Position numbers and translations under genes: made by a program | The notes under the pieces: generated by a model | Told to the model about the DNA's origin: nothing | Database searches by the model: none | Seen by the model: only the letters and a program-made list of their open reading frames with translations | NCBI GenBank assembly: GCA_044225825.1 | Contig: JBGAIB010000002.1 | Span: forward strand, 193,660-257,659 | Origin: Chitinophagales bacterium | GTDB lineage: Bacteria; Bacteroidota; Bacteroidia; Chitinophagales; LD1 | Length of the DNA: 64,000 bases | Reading direction: 5' to 3' | Shown: in pieces, positions 9,638 to 19,161 of the stretch | Numbering within the stretch: the stretch's first letter is position 1 | Layout of the letters: every line of letters starts with the position of its first letter

Positions 9638-9790
9638 TCTGCTTTCTGATCTCTGTTTTGGCCATCTGCTTAAAAATGTGTAAAGTTCCAAAGCGACCTT
9701 TATCCCTGTAAAGTTGCAGCAACGATAAGCAACGCGTTGTCTGCTTTCTGATCTCTGTTTTCTGCGCTCCGCTTAAAAAAGTGTAAAGTT
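9638..9790. repeat. Imperfect ~50-bp direct repeat, two copies
   Basis: TCTGCTTTCTGATCTCTGTTTT..GCTTAAAAA.GTGTAAAGTT at 9638-9687 and 9740-9790. Confidence 0.85.
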
Positions 9791-10061
9791 GTTCCTTAAA
9801 GGCAATCCACAGTTTTTCTATTGTTTAACGGCCTGCACCAAAGCCCATTTGCGTCATATTAAATTTTAAGCGATTTGTGCACTCCAATTTCAACTGCACA
9901 AATCTGCACAAATAGCAATTTGCCTAATGGGTAAACTGGTGGTTTTGCATGGTTTTAACAACAAAATCTCTCATATGAGGTTTTTTATAACTTGTGCATA
10001 AGCAAAAAACCTGCACAAGCATGCACAAGCAGTGTGGATAACCCGCCTCTGGTTGCCCTTC

Positions 10062-10838
10062 TTAAGGCTTTATAAAATAATCTGCCGGGTAGTAACGCAT
10101 ATTTTTAAAACTATCGGTAGGCGTATTGGTAACCAAAGCAACCGCAGGCGCGGCATAACACCAGTAACCCATGTAGTTGTAGTCCTCCAGCATATGTTTG
10201 CCAAACAAAGGATGGCCCTTCATTTTGGTCATAAAGCTTTTGATGTAAGCCGTTATCAATTCTGCGCGTTTATCGGCATCCGTTTCGGTTACTGCGGCAT
10301 ACAAAGGTTCCAGTTTGATAGCGTAGTTAACCGGTCCGCTTACAGGCCAGTCGGGCAGTTTATAGTTTACCAGTTTGTCAATCAGCAAATCGGTACCGGG
10401 CTTAATGGTATCTTTTAAAAACTGCCGGAACAATTCTTCGTCAATGTTCAGCAATATGCTTTTACTTACCAGTAACAGCACATCGTAATAGCTTTCAAAA
10501 AGCCCTTTGTAAGCCTTGCTGAACATAACATACTCCTTATCCTTCGGTGGTTTGCTGAACGATTCGATAGGTGAAGTGTTTGATTTCCGATGCCAGGCCA
10601 TCATGGGCTTTTGCAGTTCCAGCACCCTGGTAAAAACCGGTACAATGTCTTTCATAGCATCACCGCGGCTATACATGATGTCGGCTACCTCGTGATATTT
10701 GTATTGGATGCTATAGTCGAGTTCGCCCCGGCCCGGCAATACATTTGCTTCTTCAAATTTTTTAGCCCAGCCAAGTTTATCTTCCAGGTGTGCGGTGTAA
10801 ACGTCGTAGGTTTTAGTAGTGTCTCTAACAGGGTTCAT
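10062..10838 (-). CDS. PoNi-like (DUF1910/DUF1911) toxin immunity protein
   Basis: C-terminal YMGYWCYAAPAVA...YYPADY matches the DUF1911 GYW..AA..YYP pattern. Confidence 0.75.
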   Translation of the reverse strand: MNPVRDTTKTYDVYTAHLEDKLGWAKKFEEANVLPGRGELDYSIQYKYHEVADIMYSRGDAMKDIVPVFTRVLELQKPMMAWHRKSNTSPIESFSKPPKDKEYVMFSKAYKGLFESYYDVLLLVSKSILLNIDEELFRQFLKDTIKPGTDLLIDKLVNYKLPDWPVSGPVNYAIKLEPLYAAVTETDADKRAELITAYIKSFMTKMKGHPLFGKHMLEDYNYMGYWCYAAPAVALVTNTPTDSFKNMRYYPADYFIKP

Positions 10839-11062
10839 AAATTAGGTTTATACAAATATGAAACTTGCTGCGCACGCCTCCAAACATAGGTGTTAAATGG
10901 CTATAAGTGACCCACGTCAGTTCTTGTTAGTTGATAATCAACGCCTATTATGAGTACCGTCAGGTACAGGAGGTATTAGCCGCCGTTCCTTTGCACTGCC
11001 AAAACACGGCAGTAAACACCTAACACCGCTTTTGACAGCACTAACCCCTAAAATTTTGCATT

Positions 11063-11986
11063 ATGAAAAAGTTGATCTACCTGATAGCCGCCCTGTTGGT
11101 ACTGGGCGGTTGTAAAAAAGAGGCCGGCCTGAATGAACAGGAAGCCGCCACACATGTTTTAAAATGCACCACCCCTACCTACTGCGGTACGCCAACTACG
11201 GTAAATTTAATTACCGGACAGTACACGACCATTGGCAGTGTAACAGTAGCCAATGATGCCACCAACCTATACGTTACCTACAGTACCGAAAGCAGTACCT
11301 GGTTTTTAACGCAGGTACATCTGTATGTTGGCGATGTTAGCGCCCTGCCTAAAAACTGGGGCGGTAACCCGGTGGTAGGTGCCTATCCTTATTCGCATAC
11401 TTTTTGCGCGCCCTATGCTAAAACCTACACCTTTACAATTCCTTTAGCCAACCTGCCGGAATGTTTTGCGGTATCAGCACATGCGGCCGTAGTTAAAAAA
11501 TATGGCAACTCCATCTGCAACAGTTCTACTGCGTGGGGCCAGGGCACCCGCATTGGCTGCAATAATTGGGGCATGTATTTTAATACCTGCAAACAAAGTT
11601 GCCTGCCTACCGGCGAAGGCTGTGCTTATAGCGCCCCTTACTGGTTTAACGGTTACCATACCTGGCCAACAAGTTCCGTATCCGTAGCAGGCTACACCTA
11701 TAATCAGGCAGAGGGTTACGAACTGGGGCGCTTTTACAATGGTGAAGATGGCTACCGCGATGCCTTGTTTGTAATGTTTCAATCGGCCTCCATTAAATTA
11801 AGCGGTAACACAGTTGGCCGCGATGCTTCGATATGGAGTGATGTAACTACCATTGATGCCTGGTTAACAGGTAAAGGCAAAATAAGCGTAAGCAACGCAC
11901 CGGCAGTACCGCAAAATGTTGTTGAAGCCGGCTACCATATAGCCAGCTGGCAGGACATGAACGACTGCGATTTTTCGAGCAACTAA
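11063..11986 (+). CDS. Cys-rich lipoprotein of unknown function (paralog A)
   Basis: Lipobox LGGC-KKE; collinear with 12184..13188. Confidence 0.8.
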   Translation: MKKLIYLIAALLVLGGCKKEAGLNEQEAATHVLKCTTPTYCGTPTTVNLITGQYTTIGSVTVANDATNLYVTYSTESSTWFLTQVHLYVGDVSALPKNWGGNPVVGAYPYSHTFCAPYAKTYTFTIPLANLPECFAVSAHAAVVKKYGNSICNSSTAWGQGTRIGCNNWGMYFNTCKQSCLPTGEGCAYSAPYWFNGYHTWPTSSVSVAGYTYNQAEGYELGRFYNGEDGYRDALFVMFQSASIKLSGNTVGRDASIWSDVTTIDAWLTGKGKISVSNAPAVPQNVVEAGYHIASWQDMNDCDFSSN

Positions 11987-12004
11987 TTACGCGCTTCGTT
12001 TTTT

Positions 12005-12037
12005 AAAAGTCCCGCACTGCCTTGCGGGGCTTTTTTA
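12005..12037 (+). terminator. Rho-independent terminator
   Basis: AAAAGTCCCGCA-ctgcct-TGCGGGGCTTTTTTT. Confidence 0.75.
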
Positions 12038-12183
12038 TTACGTAAACTCTTTTGCCACTAAGAAACAAAGACGCGAAGGAACGCAAAGAGAAGGATAGGG
12101 TGTTGCCCATACAACCCTTTTTACTTTGCGCCTTTGTGTGTGGAATGTTTTTTTAACGGAGCTGCTGCACCAAAAATGTTTTT

Positions 12184-13188
12184 ATGAAGAAGTTAGTACT
12201 AGCCGGTTTAACAAGCTTGTTGCTGTTAGGGGCTTGCAAAAAAGATGCGGAGTTAACACAGCAAACAACTACAACAGACAAAACCAGGTTTGATAACGCT
12301 ATACCCATAGCGAACGAAGAGCAAATAAAATTAAGCGAGGAACAGAGCTATAAGTGCTTTCATCAACAAACCAATTACTGCGGAACACCTACTACAGTTG
12401 ATTTACTAAATGCGCAACACGTTAAAATAGGAACGGTTACAGTTATCAATAGTGCCCAAAACCTGTATGTAACGTATAATGTGCAGGGCAGCGGTTGGCT
12501 TTTAAGCAAATTGCAATTGTACGCCGGCGACTGCAGCGGTGTGCCATTAACCTATCAGGGTTGCCCCAATATTAACCAGTTTACACGCAAGCTTAGTTTC
12601 TGTGGATATTATTACCCTGCTAAGTATACTATCACTATTCCTCTTAGCAACCTGCCGCAATGCTTTTGTATAGCCGCACGTGCCGAGGTGGTAAAACGCA
12701 GTGGCTGGAGCTATTGCAATAACACCATTGCATGGGCGCAGGGAACAACGATTGGTCAGGGTAGTACGGCAGGCGCCAGTTTCAGCTATTGCAAACAAAG
12801 TTGTGGCGGACCTTCTACCGATCCCGGATGTGGCTATCGTGCGCCTTATTGGTTTAATGGTTACAATAACTGGCCTGGCGCCATGGTTACTGTGGCAGGT
12901 ATACCTTACACCCAGGCTGAAGGTTTTGCATTGGGCTATTATCAAAACAATGTGGCCTATTCGGAGGCGTTGTATGCTTTCTTTCAACTGGCCAGTGTAC
13001 GGTTAAGCGGCAACAGTATTGGTACGGAAGCTCCGATTTGGGGTGATGTAGCAGTTATAGAAGCCTGGTTAAGTGGTAAGGGAAAAATTACCACTGCTAA
13101 CCTGCCGGCTGTTACCCCTGAAGTAATGACCGCAGCCAATAACATTGAGCAGTGGTTAGACGCGAACGATTGTGATTTCAGTAGCTAA
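12184..13188 (+). CDS. Cys-rich lipoprotein of unknown function (paralog B)
   Basis: Lipobox LGAC-KKD; shares YCGTPTTV, NLYVTY, TIPL.NLP.CF, GC.Y.APYWFNGY..WP and NDCDFSS with paralog A. Confidence 0.8.
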   Translation: MKKLVLAGLTSLLLLGACKKDAELTQQTTTTDKTRFDNAIPIANEEQIKLSEEQSYKCFHQQTNYCGTPTTVDLLNAQHVKIGTVTVINSAQNLYVTYNVQGSGWLLSKLQLYAGDCSGVPLTYQGCPNINQFTRKLSFCGYYYPAKYTITIPLSNLPQCFCIAARAEVVKRSGWSYCNNTIAWAQGTTIGQGSTAGASFSYCKQSCGGPSTDPGCGYRAPYWFNGYNNWPGAMVTVAGIPYTQAEGFALGYYQNNVAYSEALYAFFQLASVRLSGNSIGTEAPIWGDVAVIEAWLSGKGKITTANLPAVTPEVMTAANNIEQWLDANDCDFSS

Positions 13189-13298
13189 TAAAGTAATCAT
13201 GCGTGTTCCTAAAAGTCCCTTCCGGTAAAACGGAGGGGACCCTTTGTTTGGGGAGGAATGCTGCGGAATATTTTCCTTGTATCTTCGTTTATATAAAA

Positions 13299-13679
13299 AT
13301 GAACGATATGAAATGGTATGTGAGTTTAGTATTGATGGGTTTGTTTTTAACCCTTGGTAGTTTACAGGCAACTGCGCAAAGCAGCACCACTAATAAAGGT
13401 GCCACGGTTAAAGGCAATAATGGCGGCAGCGCTACAGCGAATAAACAAAAGGCTGAAATAAAAGGCACTAACGGCGGCAACACCGAAATGACCAAAAAAC
13501 ATGCAGAGATAAAAACTGCTGATGGCGGCAGTGCCGAAGCCAATAAGCAAAAGGCCGAAATAAAAGGCACCAACGGTGGCATGGCGAAAGCCGATAAAAA
13601 CGGGTTAGTAATAAAGGGACCTAACGGCGGAGGTTTTACCATACCCGGGGCTAAAAAGAAGAAGAAAAACGGCAATTAA
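13299..13679 (+). CDS. Small secreted basic protein with KGxNGG repeats
   Basis: Signal peptide; ANKQKAEIKGTNGG occurs twice; TATCTTCG -7-like element just upstream. Confidence 0.65.
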   Translation: MNDMKWYVSLVLMGLFLTLGSLQATAQSSTTNKGATVKGNNGGSATANKQKAEIKGTNGGNTEMTKKHAEIKTADGGSAEANKQKAEIKGTNGGMAKADKNGLVIKGPNGGGFTIPGAKKKKKNGN

Positions 13680-13819
13680 GCCGTATTGTCCCTAAATATA
13701 GGGACACCATACATATAATAACTTGTAATTTATTGTTCTTACGATTTGCACCGAGGTAAAATAACCTTCATATTTGTTTAAAGCGGGACTGGACACCCTG
13801 CTTTATTAAAAACCGAGAT

Positions 13820-14017
13820 GTGATGAGGAACCCTGCTTTTACCCTGGAGCAGTGGAGGGATATTTTTAAATCGATTGAAACCCTCCCTGAGTACGAGGCC
13901 TTCGAAGAAATGTTTCGCAGCGACTGCATCATTGCAGGCTGGGATGTGTTGGAGTGGAGTACGGTTACACGTATTGCCCGGCAAAAAATGCAAGAGCTGG
14001 TAAAGAGCATTCAATAG
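13820..14017 (+). CDS. Small hypothetical protein
   Basis: 65-aa ORF filling the gap before the convergent radical SAM gene; no motif recognised. Confidence 0.35.
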   Translation: MMRNPAFTLEQWRDIFKSIETLPEYEAFEEMFRSDCIIAGWDVLEWSTVTRIARQKMQELVKSIQ

Positions 14018-14030
14018 TTCCGTTCCTGGT

Positions 14031-16229
14031 TTATAAAACCAATAAGCCGTTTTCTTTTAGTACTTGCCAAATGCGTGTTTGGGTAAATTGTGTAAAGTTC
14101 CCTAAGCCCGCCTGTTCGTAGCTTTCCTGTAGTTGTTGCAGTAACACCGGTGGGTGATTTCCGATTTTAAGTTTGGGTAACCAGTGTGCCAGCCAGGCAC
14201 CGATGGCCTCGGTAGTTTGTAGCTGCCAATCGTGCTTTTTATCGGCTACCTCCACCTCGGCAGCAGCGATGGTTTGTTTGCCCTTTTGAGCGGTAAAGGA
14301 ATGAGCTTCGGCACTGTTCCCCAGCCATACTACTATGGTGTTGGGTTTAATCACCGTTTCCATAGGCTGCTCCAGGGCCCGTTCGATATACGTTGGAGGT
14401 ATGCTGGTAGGTGGTACTTTAAAATTAAACCACTCCTGTAATTCGAAATCGAAACAAAGCCCATGCATGTAATTGAACAAGGCTTTGCGCAGCCCTTCGC
14501 TGAACAGTTCGTGATCGGCACCGGTAGGATCGTCGTGAAACAAATCGTTGTCGGCAAAGCCGCCGAACTGTGGACCTGTGCGCACTACCCCGTATTTACC
14601 GGGATTTAAGCCCACGGGACTGTGGGCTGTCATAGCAAAGCGGTGCCAGAAGCCTGACTGCAATACTTCATTCAGGAACAACTGCCGTACCATTTCGAGC
14701 GAGTCAATTGTTTCCTGTGCTGTTTGTGTTGGGAACCCATACATTAAATACGCATGCACCATAATACCTGCCTGCGTAAAGCCTTCGGTAACGCGGGCAA
14801 CCTGTGCTACCGTTACGCCTTTCTCCATCAACTTCAAAAGACGATCGCCGGCAACTTCTAAACCACCGGCAACAGCTATACAGCCGGAGGCCTTCAACAA
14901 TTTGGCGAGGTCGTGCGTAAAGGTTTTTTCGAAACGGATGTTGATCCACCACACCACCGTTAGCTTGCGGCGGATGATTTCAAGGGCCAGCTCGCGCAAC
15001 AAGGCAGGGGGAGCTGCTTCATCAACAAAATGAAAGCCGTGCTCGCCTGTTTGGGCAATTATCTCTTCGATACGGTCGCACAAAAGCGAAGCCGTCATAG
15101 GTTCATAATTCTTGATGTAATCCAGGGAGATATCGCAGAAGGAACATTTGCCCCAGTAACAGCCATGGGCCAGTGTAAGCTTATTCCACCGGCCGTTGCT
15201 CCACAGGCTGTGCATGGGGTTGGCTATTTCGATAACCGAGAGATAGTCCTTTAAAGGCAGGTCGCTATAGTCGGGCGTGCCGGTCTCCCGCTGTGCTACA
15301 TCCTTTTCGGCAGCACCGTTGTAATAAACGACCTTACCATCTGTACGCGCATAAGTACGTTTAAGCATCGGAACTGCCCGCTTGCCCTGCAGGTGTTCTA
15401 ATAAAAACAGGAGCGGTGCTTCGCCGTCATCCAGGCAGATAAAATCGAAGTAATCAAACACGGCAGGGTCGCTCAATCGCCGCAGTTCGGTGTTGGCGTA
15501 ACCACCGCCCATCACGGTTTTTATGTGGGGGTGCCTTGCTTTTATATACTGTGCGCCTTTAAACGCGCCGAACAGATTGCCCGGAAAGGGAACCGAAAAG
15601 CATATCACATTCGGTTGATGTGCAGCAATGCGTTCTTCGAGCAGTTCGCATAGTATTTCTGTAAGCAGGGTTTCAGGCGCTTCTAACTCTGCTTGTATAG
15701 GGGCAAAGTGGGTAGCTGTTCGGCCCAGCCGCTCCGCATAGCGACTAAAACCAAAATGTGGATCAATTGCTTCGCTGATGAGATCGCCAAGGTCCTCGAG
15801 ATAGAGGGTGGCCAAATGGCGGGCTTTGTCGTGCGTGCCCATACTGCCAAAGGCCCAGTCCAGTTCTTCCAACTGAGCAAAGCGGCTTGCCTCGGGCAGA
15901 TAACTGCGTCCGCAAATAGCATGGGCCAGTGTAGGATTTTTGTGCTGCAGAAATTGGATGACGGGGTTGATGGTAGCGAGGTAGTCTTCGCGCAGGTTAT
16001 ACACGCGATAGGCGTTGGGGCTAAGTTCAAGGTCCAGGTTTTCGAAGCGGTTGAAGAGGCGTTGTAAACCGCTATTGGAAAACAGGCGAAGTATCACCTC
16101 GATGCCGAAATCAGTTTGATGGCTTTGTATGCCTTTGGTGTTCAGAAAGCCTTTGAGGTATGCCGTTGCCGGATACGGTGTGTTGAGTTGCGTAAAGGGC
16201 GGGGTTATCAATAATAAATTCGGCTCCAA
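14031..16229 (-). CDS. B12-binding-domain radical SAM protein
   Basis: CYWGKCSFC (CxxxCxxC) motif; N-terminal PPFTQLNTPYPA and a cobalamin-binding-like region. Confidence 0.9.
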   Translation of the reverse strand: MEPNLLLITPPFTQLNTPYPATAYLKGFLNTKGIQSHQTDFGIEVILRLFSNSGLQRLFNRFENLDLELSPNAYRVYNLREDYLATINPVIQFLQHKNPTLAHAICGRSYLPEASRFAQLEELDWAFGSMGTHDKARHLATLYLEDLGDLISEAIDPHFGFSRYAERLGRTATHFAPIQAELEAPETLLTEILCELLEERIAAHQPNVICFSVPFPGNLFGAFKGAQYIKARHPHIKTVMGGGYANTELRRLSDPAVFDYFDFICLDDGEAPLLFLLEHLQGKRAVPMLKRTYARTDGKVVYYNGAAEKDVAQRETGTPDYSDLPLKDYLSVIEIANPMHSLWSNGRWNKLTLAHGCYWGKCSFCDISLDYIKNYEPMTASLLCDRIEEIIAQTGEHGFHFVDEAAPPALLRELALEIIRRKLTVVWWINIRFEKTFTHDLAKLLKASGCIAVAGGLEVAGDRLLKLMEKGVTVAQVARVTEGFTQAGIMVHAYLMYGFPTQTAQETIDSLEMVRQLFLNEVLQSGFWHRFAMTAHSPVGLNPGKYGVVRTGPQFGGFADNDLFHDDPTGADHELFSEGLRKALFNYMHGLCFDFELQEWFNFKVPPTSIPPTYIERALEQPMETVIKPNTIVVWLGNSAEAHSFTAQKGKQTIAAAEVEVADKKHDWQLQTTEAIGAWLAHWLPKLKIGNHPPVLLQQLQESYEQAGLGNFTQFTQTRIWQVLKENGLLVL

Positions 16230-16649
16230 AAGGTTTTACTGTTTGGTGGCAAAGTAAAGAATAAGGCAGAATAGTGGCGGTCAGGAACAGCGTGGGTCAT
16301 CTGAACAAAGCGAAAAAGAAACAGGTGCAGTCCCCGAAACCTTAACCGACAGGGTATTGGAATATTGCCGTTAAAGCCGATCGGGGCTTGCACCTGTGTG
16401 CGATTTATCACCGCCCGGAGTTGTAGTGCAGCCACGGTGTGGGTTTAGTACCCGCAGCGCACCACGTACTCCTTGTTGGGCAGCATGGGTGATTGGTTAG
16501 TGCCGATTGCTGCTGTGAAAATACAGGCAGGACCGCGAAGTACTACTTCAACAGCTCCACAATTGGTATAGTTGCACCTCGTATTCCTAACAATCTACTG
16601 AGCATTAATCGCAACAAAAGACTTACAATGTTAATTTTGTGAACTCACT

Positions 16650-18122
16650 ATGAATGTCCAGTTATTAAACAGCTATCGCCAGTTACCGGCCGAAGAACGC
16701 ACTGCCCTAAAGAACCGTGTGCTGCACTCGCCTGTAATGAACAGGTTGTTGGAATTTCTGGACGCGCAACAGGGCAAGGGTTTTAGCAGTGCCGAAGCCG
16801 TGCAGCATTTGTATAAGATTAAAACGGCGCATAAGGACTATGCCATTTACAAAAACCGGTATTACAAGTTGCGCAGAAAGTTGTATGACAGCCTGGATGA
16901 ACCCGAGAACCCTACAAGGGTGCCGGAGGAGCAACAATGGCTGCAAAAGGCCGGCACCATGCTATCGACCGGCAAGTTCAATGAGGCAGAAGCGCTGCTG
17001 AATAAAACCGAACGGCAGTGCAGGCGCAATAATATTTTTGAATTGCTGCCCGAGGTAACAGACATGCTGATACAAACCTATCAAGCGCTGAACACTATCG
17101 AAAAAAACAAGGCTTTACATCCCAAATTCCGTGAAGCGTTACGGTTGTATAACGACCTGATGGAGGCAAAGAACCTGGCCCGGCAAGTATACGAGGCAAA
17201 CCTGCGCAGCGGATTAAAAGAAACTTTACCCTTGTATAAACGCCTGGCAAAGCTGGTGGTTAAAAACCGGAGGTTTCCACGCTTTAAATTGATTTACAAT
17301 TTTGTAGCGGGATATTACAAGACAGGTGCAGGAGGACCGGAGTATCTGCACCTTACGCATGTGCCTAACCGCCATATTGCCGCAGCAAAAAAAATACTGC
17401 AGCAATGCCCGGATATGCCCGCACTACATTATCTGCCCGGTTACCGCGCCAACCAAATTTACCGACTGAGTGAATTGCTGGGTATGAGCTTTTATAACGC
17501 CCTGCGTTTTAAGGAGGCCGCTGCCGAGATTAAACCCCTGTACGACCAGGTAATGCAGGAAAACTCGGCTTACGGCAGAATGAAGAATGAGGTGCTCTTC
17601 AGCAATACGATACATGTGCTGGCCGCCGCTGAATATTTTGAGGAGGCTCTTAAAGTTGCAGAAGACTTTATTGTGTTTGTGAAAGAGAATAAGCAGTATG
17701 AACGTATGCGGGTGGTGTATTACGAAATTGGCAGTCTGCATGCCGCGATGTATCCCCGTAAATCGAAATACAGTACTGCTTTTTTACTGGAACGGGCAGA
17801 GGAACTGCTGCGTTACCGCACGCTGGCCAATGAGCCAAACGATGGGTATGCAGCGCTATTGCTAAAAATAAAACTGCTTTGCGTTCAACAAGAATGGGAA
17901 GCAGCCCTGAAACTGTTGCAGCAGCACCGGCAAAAGAAGGTATTCAGTTCGCCTGCCGTTCAAAAAATGGCACATCAAACACTGCAATGCCTGAAGCAAA
18001 ATGCACCGGAGGAGTTATCGGCGTTACGCACCAACCTGAAGCGGGCCCGTATTAATGCTACAACCACCAGTGCGTATAGCCAGTTACGCTTTCTGGAACG
18101 CCTGCTGACAGCCGCGCTTTAA
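16650..18122 (+). CDS. Hypothetical helical (TPR-like) protein
   Basis: 490-aa ORF with helical-repeat character. Confidence 0.7.
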   Translation: MNVQLLNSYRQLPAEERTALKNRVLHSPVMNRLLEFLDAQQGKGFSSAEAVQHLYKIKTAHKDYAIYKNRYYKLRRKLYDSLDEPENPTRVPEEQQWLQKAGTMLSTGKFNEAEALLNKTERQCRRNNIFELLPEVTDMLIQTYQALNTIEKNKALHPKFREALRLYNDLMEAKNLARQVYEANLRSGLKETLPLYKRLAKLVVKNRRFPRFKLIYNFVAGYYKTGAGGPEYLHLTHVPNRHIAAAKKILQQCPDMPALHYLPGYRANQIYRLSELLGMSFYNALRFKEAAAEIKPLYDQVMQENSAYGRMKNEVLFSNTIHVLAAAEYFEEALKVAEDFIVFVKENKQYERMRVVYYEIGSLHAAMYPRKSKYSTAFLLERAEELLRYRTLANEPNDGYAALLLKIKLLCVQQEWEAALKLLQQHRQKKVFSSPAVQKMAHQTLQCLKQNAPEELSALRTNLKRARINATTTSAYSQLRFLERLLTAAL

Positions 18123-18236
18123 CCTCGCTGATTTTATGCTATTCATTATCAACCAGCAGTACGGATTACTGCCAAGGCTGACCAAAATCATCTTTTGGGG
18201 TAAACAGGTTTCTAGCTTTGTAACAAAAGGAAGTAA

Positions 18237-19061
18237 GTGGTTAGTCAAAAATCGCGCAACCTATTTTTTATAAGCACCCTGGTGCTGAGTTTATTGGTGC
18301 TGGTGGTAAGCTGCTACGGCTTGTTCAATCCTTCGAGCTATGAAAGCGAAACGCCCAACTGGCAGGCCCAATCGCGCGGGCAGGACGCTGTGGATTTAAT
18401 CTTGCTTGTACCGGTATTAATGATTTCGTCGGTACTTATGTTACAGGGCCGTCGCTCGGGAATTTTGATTTTAAGCGGTGCCCTGTTTTACCTTACCTAC
18501 ACTTTTGCCATTTACAGTTTTGCCCTGCATTTCAATCCGCTGTTTCCTTTGTATTGCACCACGCTAGGTGTTGCCTTTTACCTATTGGTTTATTTGCTGC
18601 TAAAAAACAACAATGGCCCACAGCCGGGCTGGTTGGTGGGTGCAGGTTTGCGCAAAACCAGCGCATATTACCTGATGATAGTAAGCACCTTGTTTTACCT
18701 GCTTTGGATGAGCGACATTATGCCACATGCGGTGCAGCACACGGTTCCCCCGTTAAACCAGGTGGTAGGTTTGCCGGTAAATCCTGTACATGTATTGGAC
18801 CTCTCGGTTTGTTTGCCCGCTTTATTCATTGCAGGATTTTTGTTTTTAAAACAACATCCGCTGGGCAATTTGCTGGCTCCGGCCATGCTGGTGTTTTGCA
18901 CGCTAATGGATATTACCCTCGCCAGTTTGATGGGCATTATGTATCTGCATCACTTTGAAGTAAACTGGGTTGTGGCAGGCGGCCTGCTTGTACTTGCGTG
19001 CTTTAGCCTGGCACTGGTTGTGCTGAACCTGCGGCGTTTGAAGAACCGCCTGCCGCTATAG
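18237..19061 (+). CDS. Multi-pass membrane protein
   Basis: About 8 hydrophobic segments; GQD..DL and NPVHVLDL motifs. Confidence 0.8.
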   Translation: MVSQKSRNLFFISTLVLSLLVLVVSCYGLFNPSSYESETPNWQAQSRGQDAVDLILLVPVLMISSVLMLQGRRSGILILSGALFYLTYTFAIYSFALHFNPLFPLYCTTLGVAFYLLVYLLLKNNNGPQPGWLVGAGLRKTSAYYLMIVSTLFYLLWMSDIMPHAVQHTVPPLNQVVGLPVNPVHVLDLSVCLPALFIAGFLFLKQHPLGNLLAPAMLVFCTLMDITLASLMGIMYLHHFEVNWVVAGGLLVLACFSLALVVLNLRRLKNRLPL

Positions 19062-19161
19062 TAAGTGGTTATGGCTGAACGCCATTCCCTAATTTTAACC
19101 AAAACATTACACGGTTTGGCATAATTTTGCGTCTTTCCGTTGTAAATGCATTTTTAGCAGT

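Noticed and set aside
10033-10041. Perfect DnaA box (TGTGGATAA) as an origin marker
   Set aside because: Single copy, no cluster and no origin-associated genes
13688-13706. Palindrome TGTCCCTA-N4-TAGGGACA as an operator
   Set aside because: It lies directly after a stop codon and occurs once, so it cannot be told apart from a 3' hairpin
16240-16640. Cobalamin riboswitch upstream of the B12-binding radical SAM gene
   Set aside because: The GGGAA, GCCACTG and B12-box motifs were not found in the right order on the minus strand
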